A stretch of 60,215 nt of DNA, counting the filler, from Basidiobolus ranarum (Eukaryota): NCBI GenBank assembly GCA_040143965.1. It is 7 parts of 7 records of this genome, joined end to end, with 100 filler letters (N's around TTAATTAATTAA, not from the genome) between each part and the next. Parts side by side here need not be neighbours in the genome. Positions count along the whole stretch, not along the records: positions 1 to 8,539 come from JASJQH010000957.1; positions 8,640 to 17,172 come from JASJQH010000958.1; 5 more parts are not named here. The stretch is one strand, 5' to 3'. Below are positions 1 to 12,251 of this stretch, one piece after another. The notes below the pieces were generated by a model. That model searched no databases. It saw nothing but the letters and a program-made list of their open reading frames with translations, and was not told the DNA's origin. How positions within the stretch are numbered: the first letter of the stretch is position 1; each line of letters begins with the position of its first letter. Position numbers and translations under genes: made by a program.

Positions 1-538
1 TCTGGCTGCTTCTCTCATGTATAAGCGAGAAGTAGAATTAATTTGCCCACGTATATTCGTGAGATATACTGAACTATTGAGCTCCATGTTCAGTTTTGTA
101 CTCTCTACACCATCGATAGAATTGTGGGATTTTAAGTTGAAAAATTGAACAGCCAGATTTATTCCCGACTCTACATTATTTGGAGATGAGAATTGATTTT
201 TTGAACAAAATAGTTACACTTTGGATACGATGAATAATCATATTATTTACGCGAATTATCCGAAATGTTTGTTTGACAAAAATCCATATACTCTAATGAT
301 TTTCTATTAAAAATGGAATCTTAGGATATCCTCCATCAACGTTTCCATAAAATTGGATAAATACATTCAAAGTAGATGGTTTTTGATTAGTGATATTTAG
401 ATCAAATTAGAAATGTTTGGTATGAGGGATGATGACTTTGGAAAATAAACAATTCAGCAACTAGTGAAGCACGAACGCGTTCTCTACCAAAGAGTAGAAT
501 CTATTCTTAAATCTATTTCTATCAGACTGGTCAACAAT

Positions 539-2243
539 ATGTCAGGTGGCTCTTCAGAGGTTCAAAGTAAAAAAATGAAAGTAAAAGAGGAGGTGACTTT
601 ACATACCAATCCAACCGACGATTTAACGGATAAAGTCATCAATAAGGATAAAAAAGACAAAAAAGTCTCTAACACTACTTCTGCTACCGTTGACGAGGTC
701 TCAAATACAGAGAAAGCTAAGCCAGAAGCAGAGGTCTCTCTAGGCGATTCTACGTTGAGTAAGGAAAATACTTCCACTGTTGGCACAGAGAGTTTGATTC
801 CTTTATCTACTGAAAATGGTAATCTTACACCGGAGATGTCTGTTTCCAAAGAAACTCAACTTACCGAAGAAAATATTACAACGGCAGAACCTCAAGATAA
901 GGCTGAAGATGTCACTTGTACAACCACTTTGCAAGTTGAATCAAAAATCGTAACTGAAGTTCTCTACACGAAAGAAGTACATGAAATGTCGTTCGAGGAA
1001 CTTAAAGAAGAGATAGTTACCTTACGCGAAGCTACTTTACAGAAGAATCGTTTACTAAATGAGATGACTAATTCAAATCCCAAATATAAACAAGGTTTAG
1101 TTCATTTTAATTTAAACATGGTGAACTGTATACTAACTGAATCTTTCAGGACTCAGTTGTGCCATTTGTGTAGACTATTTTAAGACACCATGTACTGCTG
1201 AATGTGGTATAGTATATGTATATATGTATCAAGAAAACTATGAATTTAGTGTGATTAATCAAGTTTTTATGTAGGTCATACATTTTGCTACTGTTGTTTA
1301 AATGAATGGCTCAAAGTACGTAAGGAATGTCCAAGTTGTCGTAAAAAGATTAGCCGAAGACCATATTTCAGTTTCTCAATTAAGGAGTTGGTTGAATCCT
1401 ATCTGGATCAATTGAATTCTTTACGCGAGGATGTTCAAAAGCATACCATCAAATTAGAGATGTTCGACGACGATGAAGACCCATGGGAGGGTGTATTTCC
1501 TTTGGATGGTGCTGGTGTCATTGTAGATTCTCAGGATAACGTCAGGTAAGCATTTTCTTGCTAACTTTCTATGTAATTGTGCTAATGTTTTCTTGTCACG
1601 TAGTCGTTGTCCTCGATGCTCTTGGGAGGTAGTTGGAAGAGAGTGTGCTAACTGTGGATTGCTATTCTCAGATATGGAAGACGAAGAGGATGAAGAAGAA
1701 GACGAGGAAGGTGACGAGGAAGAGGAAGAAGAATCTGATTCACAAAATTCGTTCATTGATGATGAAGCTATCGAAGACAATGGTAACGAAGATTCTCAAG
1801 ATGCTTCGGATGAAGAGCCTGAGTACGAAAGGAGGCCTCGTCACAGATATGAAGACGAAGATTCCGTTGACGAGGCTGATAATGCTGATGATTGGTATCG
1901 TCGGAATCGTAGAAATTCGGACGAAGAAGATGATGAACCTAACGAAGATGGACCGCAATGGGATGAAGAGAATGACCACCATCGTAATAATAATGATGAG
2001 GATGGATTCAGCTCTGCTGACGGAGACGTAGCCAACTTTTCACCTATAGAAAACGACTCTGGCGATAGTGATGGAGCCAATGATGATGAGGATAGGGAGA
2101 GTGACAAAAGTGATGAGGATGAGAACAATGTTGGTGTACGGACTCGTCTCGAGCTGAGCGAGTCGGAGGAGGATGTCATGATCCCATCACGCAAACGAAG
2201 ATGCCATAGATCATTACCCAAAGCATTGTCAGACTCAGAATAA
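539..2243 (+). CDS. C3HC4 RING-finger E3 ubiquitin ligase, Psh1-like (4 exons: 539-1094, 1150-1206, 1275-1545, 1604-2243)
   Basis: GT-AG splicing joins the frames into CAICVDYFKTPCTAECGHTFCYCCLNEWLKVRKECPSCR (RING). A second CxxC..CxxC module (RCPRCSWEVVGRECANCG) and a long D/E-rich tail follow, as in fungal Psh1. The start codon is inferred. Confidence 0.85.
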
Positions 2244-2566
2244 CTTTTGATTTTACTTCATTTAATGTCCACTGGACTTTCATATAGTATTCTTTTCTGG
2301 TTGAATTTGGTCATTAATCGTTTCATTCATATGTACATATTATCATCAATATGTATATTTTGATATCTTATTTTTCAACTCTTCATTTGACTTGTAATCA
2401 ATAATGTATTTCCTATTTCTTTCCAATCCGTTGCTGTAGACGAGAACCATAGATTCAAGCTTGGCTTGCTTTACTGTTCAATAAAGAAAGTCTTCAGTTT
2501 TCAAATAATTCCAACTTTATAAAGTCTATTTATCACTGCTAGTGCGAGCCACTTATATTTACAAAC

Positions 2567-3926
2567 TCATTGTGCTTCTTGCTCATTCAAATCAATCTCC
2601 AGGGGCGAACACTAGTAAACTCATGTGTTAGCTAGAGGAATATCTCACAATCAACAAATACATTCATACCAGTAGTTCAACAAAGCTGATCTCTGTTTCT
2701 GTTGGGATCATAAACTAAAAGAATGCCCGTTCAGTCAACAGCCTACAAAGAAAGTTTACATCATGATTTACCTGCATTGCAAGGAATCCTTTCTCGTTAG
2801 TTCGTATGGAGGTTTTGGAGGAAAAGCCAAGCGCTTTCAGCGCGTGTTGTACCTGAGAAAGCTTATAGCTAAAATCAATTGCAATGTGAGTAGAGGTGAG
2901 ATGTGAGCAAGCATATATATAAATATGAAATACCAATTGGACATCGTTTCTGTACAATAGAATGACTCTAGTACATCAGTGTCTCTGGGATAATCCATCT
3001 ATAAGTCTATTATTAGCATTTGTGATATGTATTATTTCTGTTGAACTCACTACCTCTGTACTTCCACTGATACCTATGGTAGACATACGAAAATATGGTG
3101 GTTGTGGTGAAATTAGGAAGGTGATTTTCTCGCTAGATATATCCAATTCACTCAGAGCATCACGTAGCCACTCTGACTAAAGCAATAAAGAACATATTAA
3201 AGGGACTTCCTTCACTAAGTAAGTAGGTTCTGAATCGAGATACCTTCATGATTATCTTCTGAGTAATGGAATATTCTTGAAAATTAAAAGTCAACAGATT
3301 CTCCGGTTCGAAGGTGGATAGTTTACAAACGGTGATGACCCCGTTTTCTTCCAAGCTAAGGATTTAGTTGAGTTCGAATTAGTTCCTTGTTAGTATTGAG
3401 GTAGGAAACAAACACTCGTACGTTAAAACCAAATTAGCGCCATATCCTTCATAAGACATAACAAGTGCAGTTTGACTTTTAAATATCGGCATAGTTGAAG
3501 CAGTCCCATTGGTAGCTGTAGTGTTGTTGAGCTGATTTACATTGGCGGTACCAAATATGTTGAGGCACTCTATTAACGTATTCAATTGTACACCAAAGAT
3601 AATATCTTCTTGAGAGTTGATAGAAGAAATAGGTGCATCGAACTGGTACTCTTGAAATAAGCTAGATTGTAAATAAGCGTGCGCCTGAACACAACGTGAT
3701 TCTTCAACTGAAAATTTGAGCCCATTTGAAGTAATAGTGCAAACGGCTCTCTTTAAATACAAGATTATAGTCAGAATGAAACTTGAGACAAACGCGGAAA
3801 ATAGAAAAAAAATACTTCTTTAAACTGAATGGCTCTTAATAAATTGACCAAGGAACGAACATTTTGCAATCTACAACGAAATACACTTCCAGTATAGCTG
3901 CTTTGTACTGCTTCCTCGTTGTTCAT
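2567..3926 (-). CDS. RAD1: 9-1-1 checkpoint clamp subunit Rad1/Rec1/Rad17 (multi-exon)
   Basis: Exons give FRCRLQNVRSLVNLLRAIQFKE, AVCTITSNGLKFSVEESRCVQAHAYLQSSLFQEY, LIECLNIFG, SKTSIRTNEKGFLAMQ and SFVEL..CSPLE, all typical of the Rad1 family. Confidence 0.92.
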
Positions 3927-4455
3927 TTCAGTCTTAGTTTGTTTTGACAAAGGTTGCTTAAGCTTTTTGTAAATCACTTTGTTTAATTTGATTCATAAAT
4001 TATTGTAAAGCAGTCATAGTTTTATGTCGTGTCATGATGTTTATGTTATCAATCTTGGTGCGAAGAATATCGAAATATTCAATTCAATCTCTATGCATTC
4101 ATAAATAAGCAATATATATATGCTTTTTTAACATAATATTGAAAACTTCATATTAACAAATTTCACAATAAACTTTATTACTAAAGCCATTACATAGATA
4201 CAGTAATGACCGTCTACACGTCACCTAAAGGAAATAGCGCATTTACTGGATATAAAACTTAACCCAAGAAAGCTGTTTCTATGCAGTATTTTTAAATTTC
4301 AATCATAGAAACCGATTTCTTTGCATGGATCATATTAGAAAAAGTACATTTGTTTAATAATTTTTTTCCTCACCAAAAATCATTCATTTTAATATATGGT
4401 AAAAAATTCACGCAGTAATCAGTGGTTGTTCACTTTTACAAGAGAGTAGTTAAGT

Positions 4456-6175
4456 ATGAGTACAGAAAACGGTGAAAAACTTAGTATGTCTGAATTAAAG
4501 ACTTACGCTGAACGAGTACGCGCCACATTGGAGAATACTCAAGAAGAGATTGAAAGATGGCGTACATATGCTGCCGATTATGAAGCAACTCAAAAGACTT
4601 TACTTAAACTACCTGAAGAAACCTCATATGAAGTGATGGTAATGGAAATAAACCACACCATATATGAATATCAATAGAAATCCTCCATTTTCTAAACTCT
4701 ATTAACTTGTGAATAGGTTCCTTTCGGAAAGTTGGCCTTCATGCCAGGAAAATTAATTCATACCAATGAGGTGTTGGCTTTATTGGGTGACAATTGGTTT
4801 GCCGAAAGGTCTTGTAAACAGGCAGTGGAAATTATCGGACGTAGAAAAGAAAGTACGCCTTGATTAACCACCATATAGAATATCTTTTTTCATTGTACTC
4901 ACCTACCTCCTTTTTAAAAAGTGGTCGACCAGAACCTTGAGATTTTGGAAGAACGTCTAAAAGATTTGAAACAAAAGTTTGGCCTCACTCCGGATTTATT
5001 TGGTACTCAGGAAACAGGGGAGGTAAACTATACATAGCTTTTTCTCTGTTTTGGTTTCCAGTATCACTTAATATATAGATATAAGGTTAACGAAGAGGGA
5101 CTCAAATATATGGAGATTCGCGAAGAATATAACCCTGAAGATGAGCAGAAAAATCGTCCAGGTATTACTGTATTCCTGATTTTATTTTACATCTTGATAC
5201 TTCTAACTTTATATCGCTATTAGTGATTGATAAGAAGCCCGTGACTAAGCGGGAAAAGTCTGCGGAGGAACTGAATGAAGATCAGAAATTCCTAGATATG
5301 CTAGCAGAGATGGAGTTAGAAGACGAGGAAAAGGACGACGAAGAAGAGGAGGAAGTAGAGGAAGAAGAAGAGGATGATGATGAGGAGGAGGCAATGAACC
5401 ACGATATTACAGATCAAGCAATTGAAACAGTTCTACAGCCCGCAAGGTTTACCGGAGAGACAAGCCAAAGTCCTAAATCTGCTAAAAAGGTTACCTTTTC
5501 ACCAGATATTGTCGATAAATCCGAGCCAGAGAAGATTCAAAACCCAGCTGATTTATATCGTAGAATGTTGTCTGCAGTTAAAAAATCCGAAGCTCCACTT
5601 CAACCAGTAGTTCCTAAATCAGAGCAGCCCCAAGTTGTAAATAATCCTGCTTCATCTATAGCTGAGAATCCAAAGCCTAAGAAAGTGTCTCGATTCAAAG
5701 CAGCGAGAATGGGGGTTGAGTCAAATGAACCAACATCAAATGCCATTCCTCAAGTTCAACCCAAACGTCAATCCAAAGGTATCCCCCAAGTTACTTCAGT
5801 CATGAAAGGAGTAGTTGTAGAGAAAGAAGCGGAACCAACAAATGAAGAAGATATCGAGGATGATATGCACATGCGTGAGGTACATTGGCTATATTTACTT
5901 TCATATGTGTTGAAACGTATTAACATTCTATCTCATTCTAGGTTACTAATGAGTACCAACGTAGAAGGCAGAACTTCATTTCTGCCAATAGTGGATTTGC
6001 AACCGTGAGTAATGAAGATATGGAGGTAAGATACAATAAATAACTTTTGATTGTTAGCCATCAGCTAAAATTATATTTACATTTCAAGTATGTTGAAGCT
6101 GATAAACCTGCTAAAAGAGTATCGAAATTCAAGGCTGCACGACTTGGTCAGCAACCTAATGATGAATCGCACTAA
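4456..6175 (+). CDS. BUD27: Unconventional prefoldin RPB5 interactor (URI/Bud27), multi-exon
   Basis: Prefoldin-alpha domain (YEVMVPFGKLAFMPGKLIHTNEVLALLGDNWFAERSCKQAVEIIGRR), an acidic stretch and two URI-box-like motifs (KVSRFKAAR, RVSKFKAAR). Confidence 0.88.
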
Positions 6176-6428
6176 TTATCATATCTCCTCCACTTCTAAT
6201 GCTTTATGTAATATTTTCCTTCAAAAACAAGTATTTTCCCTCTTCGTACAAAATTTGTACTTGGAATTTAAAGATAGAAGATCTCAAGTCTCAGATTGTA
6301 ATTTCATCTGTGATAAGCTAGTAAGCTTCTTGAATTTTTTACAATTTTAGAGTAAGTAGCAATTTATTCAAGACAGATGATTATTATGACTTGATGTTGA
6401 AATAAAATGTCTATATATATTTATGTGA

Positions 6429-6632
6429 TTATGTACTTGTAGTTTTTTGGGTTTTGGTAGTGGTGGTAGGAGCAGGTGTAAAGACTCCTTCGGGATGATC
6501 AACTGCATTCGGTGGTACCCAAAGCATACCTGCTTGAGCTTCGTAAGGCGCAGGAAAAGCAGAGATCAATGAGGTGAAAGCTTGGACAGCTACGAAAATA
6601 AGTGTAATCTTTTTATTCATCTGGAAGGTCAT
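6429..6632 (-). CDS. Small putative secreted peptide (63-67 aa)
   Basis: Signal-peptide-like MNKKITLIFVAVQAFTSLISA followed by a Pro/Thr-rich tail. A TATATAAG lies on the minus strand at ~6769-6776. Confidence 0.5.
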   Translation of the reverse strand: MTFQMNKKITLIFVAVQAFTSLISAFPAPYEAQAGMLWVPPNAVDHPEGVFTPAPTTTTKTQKTTST

Positions 6633-8410
6633 GATGAACTGTTTCGTAAAGGAAGTTAAGGTATATCTATGCCAGTGCGGTGAGTCAGCGTAGATTAGGC
6701 CGAGGTATCGAAGGGAAGAAAGAAAGAACCAACTCTATGGTACTAAGCAATACGAAGGAGCCGATCCACTTATATACAAATGAGAAAAAAATGGACTTTT
6801 AATTCTGTAACAGGCTCATTCTTCATGGTGCAAATGCGATATCACTGAGATTAGGAAACACACGGAATCTTGAAAGTATCCCTGTCATCCCTTTACCCTG
6901 CTGAAATTTCCTTTGTTATGTATCTGCTTCTTCAACAGGTCGGCGAATTGTTTTCTGATTTTCAATGGGGAATTAAGGTTTGGCATCCAGTAAGAAAGGT
7001 ATTCAGAACTTGCAGGAGTGGTATTGCAGTCTCTACAGTAATTGATGCTAAGCCACTCTAATTTAATCAATGTTTGAAATGTGGCAAACCCTACTCAATG
7101 ATCTAATACAATGTATGAGGTGCATTATTTGGTCATAGTAACAGAACCGTGTGGCCTCATCGATCACACCAGCAAATATGGAGGTACACATTATTGTCAT
7201 GCGAACGAACTTCCTGCAAAAGTGTTTCAACAGCAAAATAAAGCTGTTGAAGGAATTATGACGTATATTGGCAAAATGGAAGTACGTCATATTACAGCTC
7301 TCTTGACGAAGTAACATCTTTCCACGTGTTATTCAAATTCGAAAAGAGAAGTCATGGAAATGAGAGAAATCCCAGAGGATTTGGATATACTCGCAGTCCG
7401 AAATCGTGGATACTGATTTACTATTGTAAGATGATTTGAATTTGTCCATCAAAACCTCTAAATTACCTTAGGCAGTAGAGAATTCGTACCTATTGAACAA
7501 GATTTAATTGGCATGCAGTATTTGGATGCAAGTTGTGACATTCACTAAACATACTAGTTGATATAACAAAACTTTGCTAAGCTTTTCATTTACCAATGAA
7601 ATATTCTAGGGGTTCGGTAAAGTCTCATGCCTCTAGAGGGTATCATCTGATCTTGGTAGAGTTTCAAGAAGGAATAAAAGTACAAGTACTATAATAGGAA
7701 TCATGCCCTATTACAAGCAAGGAAGATCTCTCCAAGAATTGCCGATTTGTAGTATCTTTAATGAGAAAGGTGTGGTCAATCCGTATTGATCATTAGCCGA
7801 CGGATAATATAGCGAGGAACTCAGCAATATTGCAAAAGCAAAATGAGGAATGGTTTTGTTAACTCAATCTCACAATGGTGTTACTCCATCAATACCCTCT
7901 CAGACGGTGAGCAATGATTTACTCTTCTCAACAAATGTGGAGTGGCTACTAGAACAGGTGCATTTATGGCGTAGAAGTTCAAACTTGAGTCATCATCTAA
8001 CCCTAACCCTCTATTTTTATTTCAATTTATCGGTACAGTCGACTAGAAATGGAAATGCCTGTTCCATAGATTACATAACCGCTGATCATTTTATCCATTA
8101 CTCAAATGGGAATACGGTGCATCGGAATGACTGATCTTTTACATCCCAAAAATTAACCGTCTTAGCACGACATCAATTCCTTTTGAGAGAAATCCGAAAC
8201 AAATACCTTGACCCATTTAGAAAGCAGCTGAGAAATCCGATGGATTAGTTATTGTGTTGACTTCATCTTCCCAAAGATTTAAAGTATGCGTGAATTGCAA
8301 GAAAAGCCAGACACATATAAATAGGTGCACAGGGGCTAAGAATTGCATCAATAAAACTAACTTAAACTTATTATTCATAGAGACTTCAAGTCAACAAATT
8401 TTTCCAAAAA

Positions 8411-8539
8411 ATGGCATTTTGGGATCACTACAACCTTTGGAGCAAGGACGACAAGTACGTTCGTGACAGTTTCATCGCCTTATGGACCCTGTGGATGGTG
8501 TGGGCGCTACTTCAGCTAGCCAAGTACTTCTTCACCTGG
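8411..8539 (+). CDS. 5' fragment of a membrane protein gene, truncated by contig end
   Basis: TATATAAATA at ~8316, then aaaaATG opening MAFWDHYNLWSKDDKYVRDSFIALWTLWMVWALLQLAKYFFTW, which stays open up to the linker. Confidence 0.5.
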
Positions 8540-8639
8540 NNNNNNNNNNNNNNNNNNNNNNNNNNNNNNNNNNNNNNNNNNNNTTAATTAATTAANNNNN
8601 NNNNNNNNNNNNNNNNNNNNNNNNNNNNNNNNNNNNNNN
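8540..8639. other. Artificial contig linker
   Basis: 100 nt: N run, TTAATTAATTAA (stops in all six frames), N run. Confidence 0.97.
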
Positions 8640-9698
8640 GTGACAAGCATAGTAAAAGCATATGTTACTACTCTTGAAACGTTTCATATGACTGCATCTA
8701 TAGCTGAAGGAGATCAAGTCTAGAGAGATTATTGAAGGAGCTTTCCATTACCTGTATCAAATGATAATGTAGTATAAAACAGAATTATCGTAAAGTACTA
8801 ACAATTGACCAATTTACAGCATGCAAAGTGCCAAATGATTAATCACAATGGAAGCAAATTCTGAAACGATCAAGAAATCATTGACAAAACAGACTGATTG
8901 AAATATTCAGGGATTATGTTACCAATGTATATTGATATTATTCTCATCTTTTAAAGGCCTTCTACTTCTATCGAATCAATATTGACAACTCTTGAATGAG
9001 ACAGGGCTATTCTTGAGACATAGCTGTATAGATAGAACTACTATCAAACCGAAATTTCTTTCCAAGACACTTGTATCATCACATGGTGAGAAATTGAGAG
9101 ATGCAAATGATATTCTCGATGGTGAGGTTACGAATATTTGGCATACACTAAAGGCTTGACAATACTTGGAAAAAGTTGATGTATTTCACTCGATGTTTTA
9201 TTGAATTCAAACCAACTATAGTTAGTTGCGGTGAAAATAATCTCTTAAAATAATTTCTTCTGTGCCAAGAAATTTGGGGAGGTTTCGTCCAAGATATTTC
9301 TATTCATTCTGGTATCTCTGTGCTACATCAAAGTTCAATTCAAGCTATTCTAACCTTGTCATATGAATACAATATTTCAACGAGTTGGCTTTACCTGCAA
9401 TAATTTGGGCATATGATGGGCACATACTTCGCTGAACTATACCTCTCAGCCTGTATTTTCTAACAATATTATGGTCAAGTCTCTAAGTAATATTACAACA
9501 TTACCATTTAATCAACACCCTACTTGAAATTCCACATCTGCCAGTCGTAACTTGATCATTGAGTACATTCTGGATAAAGCCTATTCAAGCTCAAAGTCCT
9601 ATCTTATATAGAAGCTGTCTGTATCAAGGTGCAAACTATAATTTCTTTTTTCCATATATATTGCTCTAAACACAAAGTTGTTACTTACTGGATTGACT

Positions 9699-10259
9699 TT
9701 ACCTTCGCCATGGCTGGGCGGTATTTCTTTTCGAGATGCGCAAGTTATCAAGTGCTGAATTGAAGTTCAAGTCTGCAAGTGCTGAATTGCAAGAACTTCG
9801 CAAGGAATTAATCTGCAATAAAGCTTCATCCAGCTTTGTCAATGAACTAGTTTCAATATTAGTGGCATCAAACCGGCTTAAGCCCAAAGTAGCGACATTA
9901 ATATTCGCATTAGTGCTTATAGCTTGATCTTCAGTCTCGTCACGGAAGCTCGGCGAGGCATGATTGAAAATTTGGATGGTATATACGTTAGTGTGGGTGA
10001 AAATGCGATCAATTTTAACCAAACGCTGATCAATTTCTTCTTGTATTGCTTGTAATCCTGCTGGAGAGCAATTGTCATTACGGGCCTGAACCACCAATTC
10101 ATGTATTGTTTGAATGTTGTCAGCAACATGTTGTAGTGCACGTTCTGCAGTTTTAGCTAGGAGAATTCTGTCTTCATCTACCCACCACGTCATCGGACCA
10201 ATTTGAGCCTCAAAAGCAGCTACATAGGCAGTGGTTAGCGAGGCCCATGAACAAGACAT
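9699..10259 (-). CDS. Flagellin-derived protein (D1 domain helices only; no D0, no D2/D3), probable bacterial HGT
   Basis: [55 protein letters not shown] aligns without gaps to FliC [82 protein letters not shown] matches NPLQKIDAALAQVDALRS..RFNSAITNL. The alignments are by eye. Confidence 0.85.
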   Translation of the reverse strand: [186 protein letters not shown]

Positions 10260-10650
10260 AGTTTATCAGATTCAGTGTGTTCAGAATAATAGCTGATAAC
10301 ATTTGACTTTATAGAAGTTAGAAGTGAACCAGGTAAGTCCAGGTTTTAAAAATAGCTCCGGAATGGTTTCCGCAGTGGAGACTTTTTCCCACCATTTGAG
10401 CTGTGGTATCTAAGGGTGATCTAGAGATAGCTGAGTTTTTTATTTGCCGTAATATTCTCATCCTCATATTGGTCAAGTTCGAAAATATTCCTGGTCACAT
10501 GGTTACTGATAAATTTACTTTTCTCTTTTGCATTGTGTTGGTTAAAGTTTACAAATTAGTGGTATTACTCAAAATTAATATGGTAATTTGTTTACTCTTA
10601 TTCCAGGGAATAAGTATGCTTAAATGGTTATTTCAAGAGTTAACATTACG

Positions 10651-12018
10651 CTAAACTCTAAGGGAATTTGTTGTGATAGCAGCGGTTTCTAAGCTCAAGT
10701 CGCTAGCCTCAGTAATGGTATGTGGAAACTTTGCACGAGCATTTTCTACATGATGATAGGCAGATTCTCCTAGTTCGGAAAGGTCCAGTCCAAGTCTTTC
10801 ACTTTCGACATCAGCACGAAGGCTAAGTCCTGGTATTCTATCCATGATACATAAAATCAAATACGTGACGATAAAGGTCCATGCGAAGCCCGCTGAGCTT
10901 CCAGCGAGTTGGTAAGTAATCTGCATGAAATTTCCATTGATCCATCCTCCGGAAATAGTAGATCCATCTAAAGCAGCTATACGTTGTTCAGCAAATATAC
11001 CTGTCAGAAGGTCTCCAAGAAAACCGCCAACTGCATGTACAGCAAACACATCTAAAGCATCATCAAAGTCCAATAAATGGCTCAAATGACGAGCATAATT
11101 ACACCCGAATCCAGCAACTACGCCAAATAGCAGTGCAGGGGCTGGCCCCACATAACCTGATCCAGGTGTGATAGCAACTAATCCAGAAACCGCCCCGGAG
11201 CAAAAGGCAAGCGCAGAGAATTTATGTCCAGTACGGAAATAATCAATCAATACCCAAGTCAGTGCACCTGAAGCAGCAGAGATGTTGGTTACTACGATAG
11301 CCATAACGGCTCTTAGAGAGCCAGACAAAGCAGAACCACCATTGAAACCGAACCAACCAAACCAAAGAAATGCGGTTCCCAATACAACATTGGACATATT
11401 GTGGGCCTTAAACTCTTCCGTGCCATGGCCTTCCCTTTTTCCCACTTTAATTGCATAGGCTAAAGCAGCAACCCCTGATGAGATATGAACCGGTGTGCCA
11501 CCAGCAAAATCAAGACTTCCTAATTTCATGGCCCAACCATCAGGAGACCAAGTCCAATATGCCAATGGATCATACACGAGAGTTGCCCAAATAAAGATAA
11601 ATATAATTGTAGGGAAGATACGTGCACGTTCAGCTGAAGCGCCGATTGCTAATGCGGGAGCAATCGAAGCGAACATAGATTGATAAATCATGAAGGCAAT
11701 ATCAGGAATCTTCGGACTACCTACACTAGGGTCTCCTAATAGGTTGCGTAAAAATGCGTGGTCTAGATTTCCTATAAACCAGCTGCCACTAGAAGAAAAA
11801 CAAAGAGAATAGCCCCAGATAAACCATTGAACTAGTACAACGGCAACTGATAAACAACATAAGATTATAAGAGAAAGAGCATTCTTTGAACGAGCCATTC
11901 CACTGTAGAAATAGCCGACACCTGGTATCATCAAAAAGACTAGACTAGTTGACACTAGGACCCAAGCAATATCCCCGGAAGAATATAGAGAAGCGGATGC
12001 AGGAGCTGATGTACTCAT
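10651..12018 (-). CDS. Ammonium transporter (Amt/Mep family)
   Basis: Intronless 455-aa ORF with DFAGGTPVHISSG, FLWFGWFGFNGGS, GLVAITPGSG and DDALDVFAVHAVGG motifs. Confidence 0.97.
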   Translation of the reverse strand: MSTSAPASASLYSSGDIAWVLVSTSLVFLMIPGVGYFYSGMARSKNALSLIILCCLSVAVVLVQWFIWGYSLCFSSSGSWFIGNLDHAFLRNLLGDPSVGSPKIPDIAFMIYQSMFASIAPALAIGASAERARIFPTIIFIFIWATLVYDPLAYWTWSPDGWAMKLGSLDFAGGTPVHISSGVAALAYAIKVGKREGHGTEEFKAHNMSNVVLGTAFLWFGWFGFNGGSALSGSLRAVMAIVVTNISAASGALTWVLIDYFRTGHKFSALAFCSGAVSGLVAITPGSGYVGPAPALLFGVVAGFGCNYARHLSHLLDFDDALDVFAVHAVGGFLGDLLTGIFAEQRIAALDGSTISGGWINGNFMQITYQLAGSSAGFAWTFIVTYLILCIMDRIPGLSLRADVESERLGLDLSELGESAYHHVENARAKFPHTITEASDLSLETAAITTNSLRV

Positions 12019-12136
12019 TGAAAGTTAGTTGATATTATGTTGCTAATGACTTTCCTTTGGACTTATAAACAAGTCTTGGTTTTCTTTGATACAATAGATA
12101 GGCAAATACTCCAACCAGTTAGGGCCAATAATGTTC

Positions 12137-12251
12137 GATAAGTTTATCTTCTTTCCGAAAATCAAGGGGCGCTCTAACAGCCGAATATACTATCGGCAAA
12201 TTGACTGTTTCTGAATATTCGTAAGTGTGCTATTCCATACCCTTTCTTATC
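12137..12251. promoter_or_regulatory. GATA (nitrogen regulation) sites upstream of the Amt gene
   Basis: Inverted pair GATAAGTTTATC at 12137 and CTTATC at 12246, 120-230 bp upstream of the ATG. Confidence 0.45.

Noticed and set aside
1454-2221. Ser-rich and Met/Lys-rich ORFs overlapping the RING gene
   Set aside because: These are shadow frames of the GAA/GAT-rich acidic exon.
8584-8595. TTAATTAATTAA palindrome repeated six times as a biological motif
   Set aside because: It is always centred in N runs and is a six-frame stop linker.
9699-10259. Flagellin ORF as bacterial contamination
   Set aside because: It shares a contig with a spliced fungal homeobox gene, has host-like AT content, has no flagellar operon neighbours and is too degenerate to be a working flagellin.
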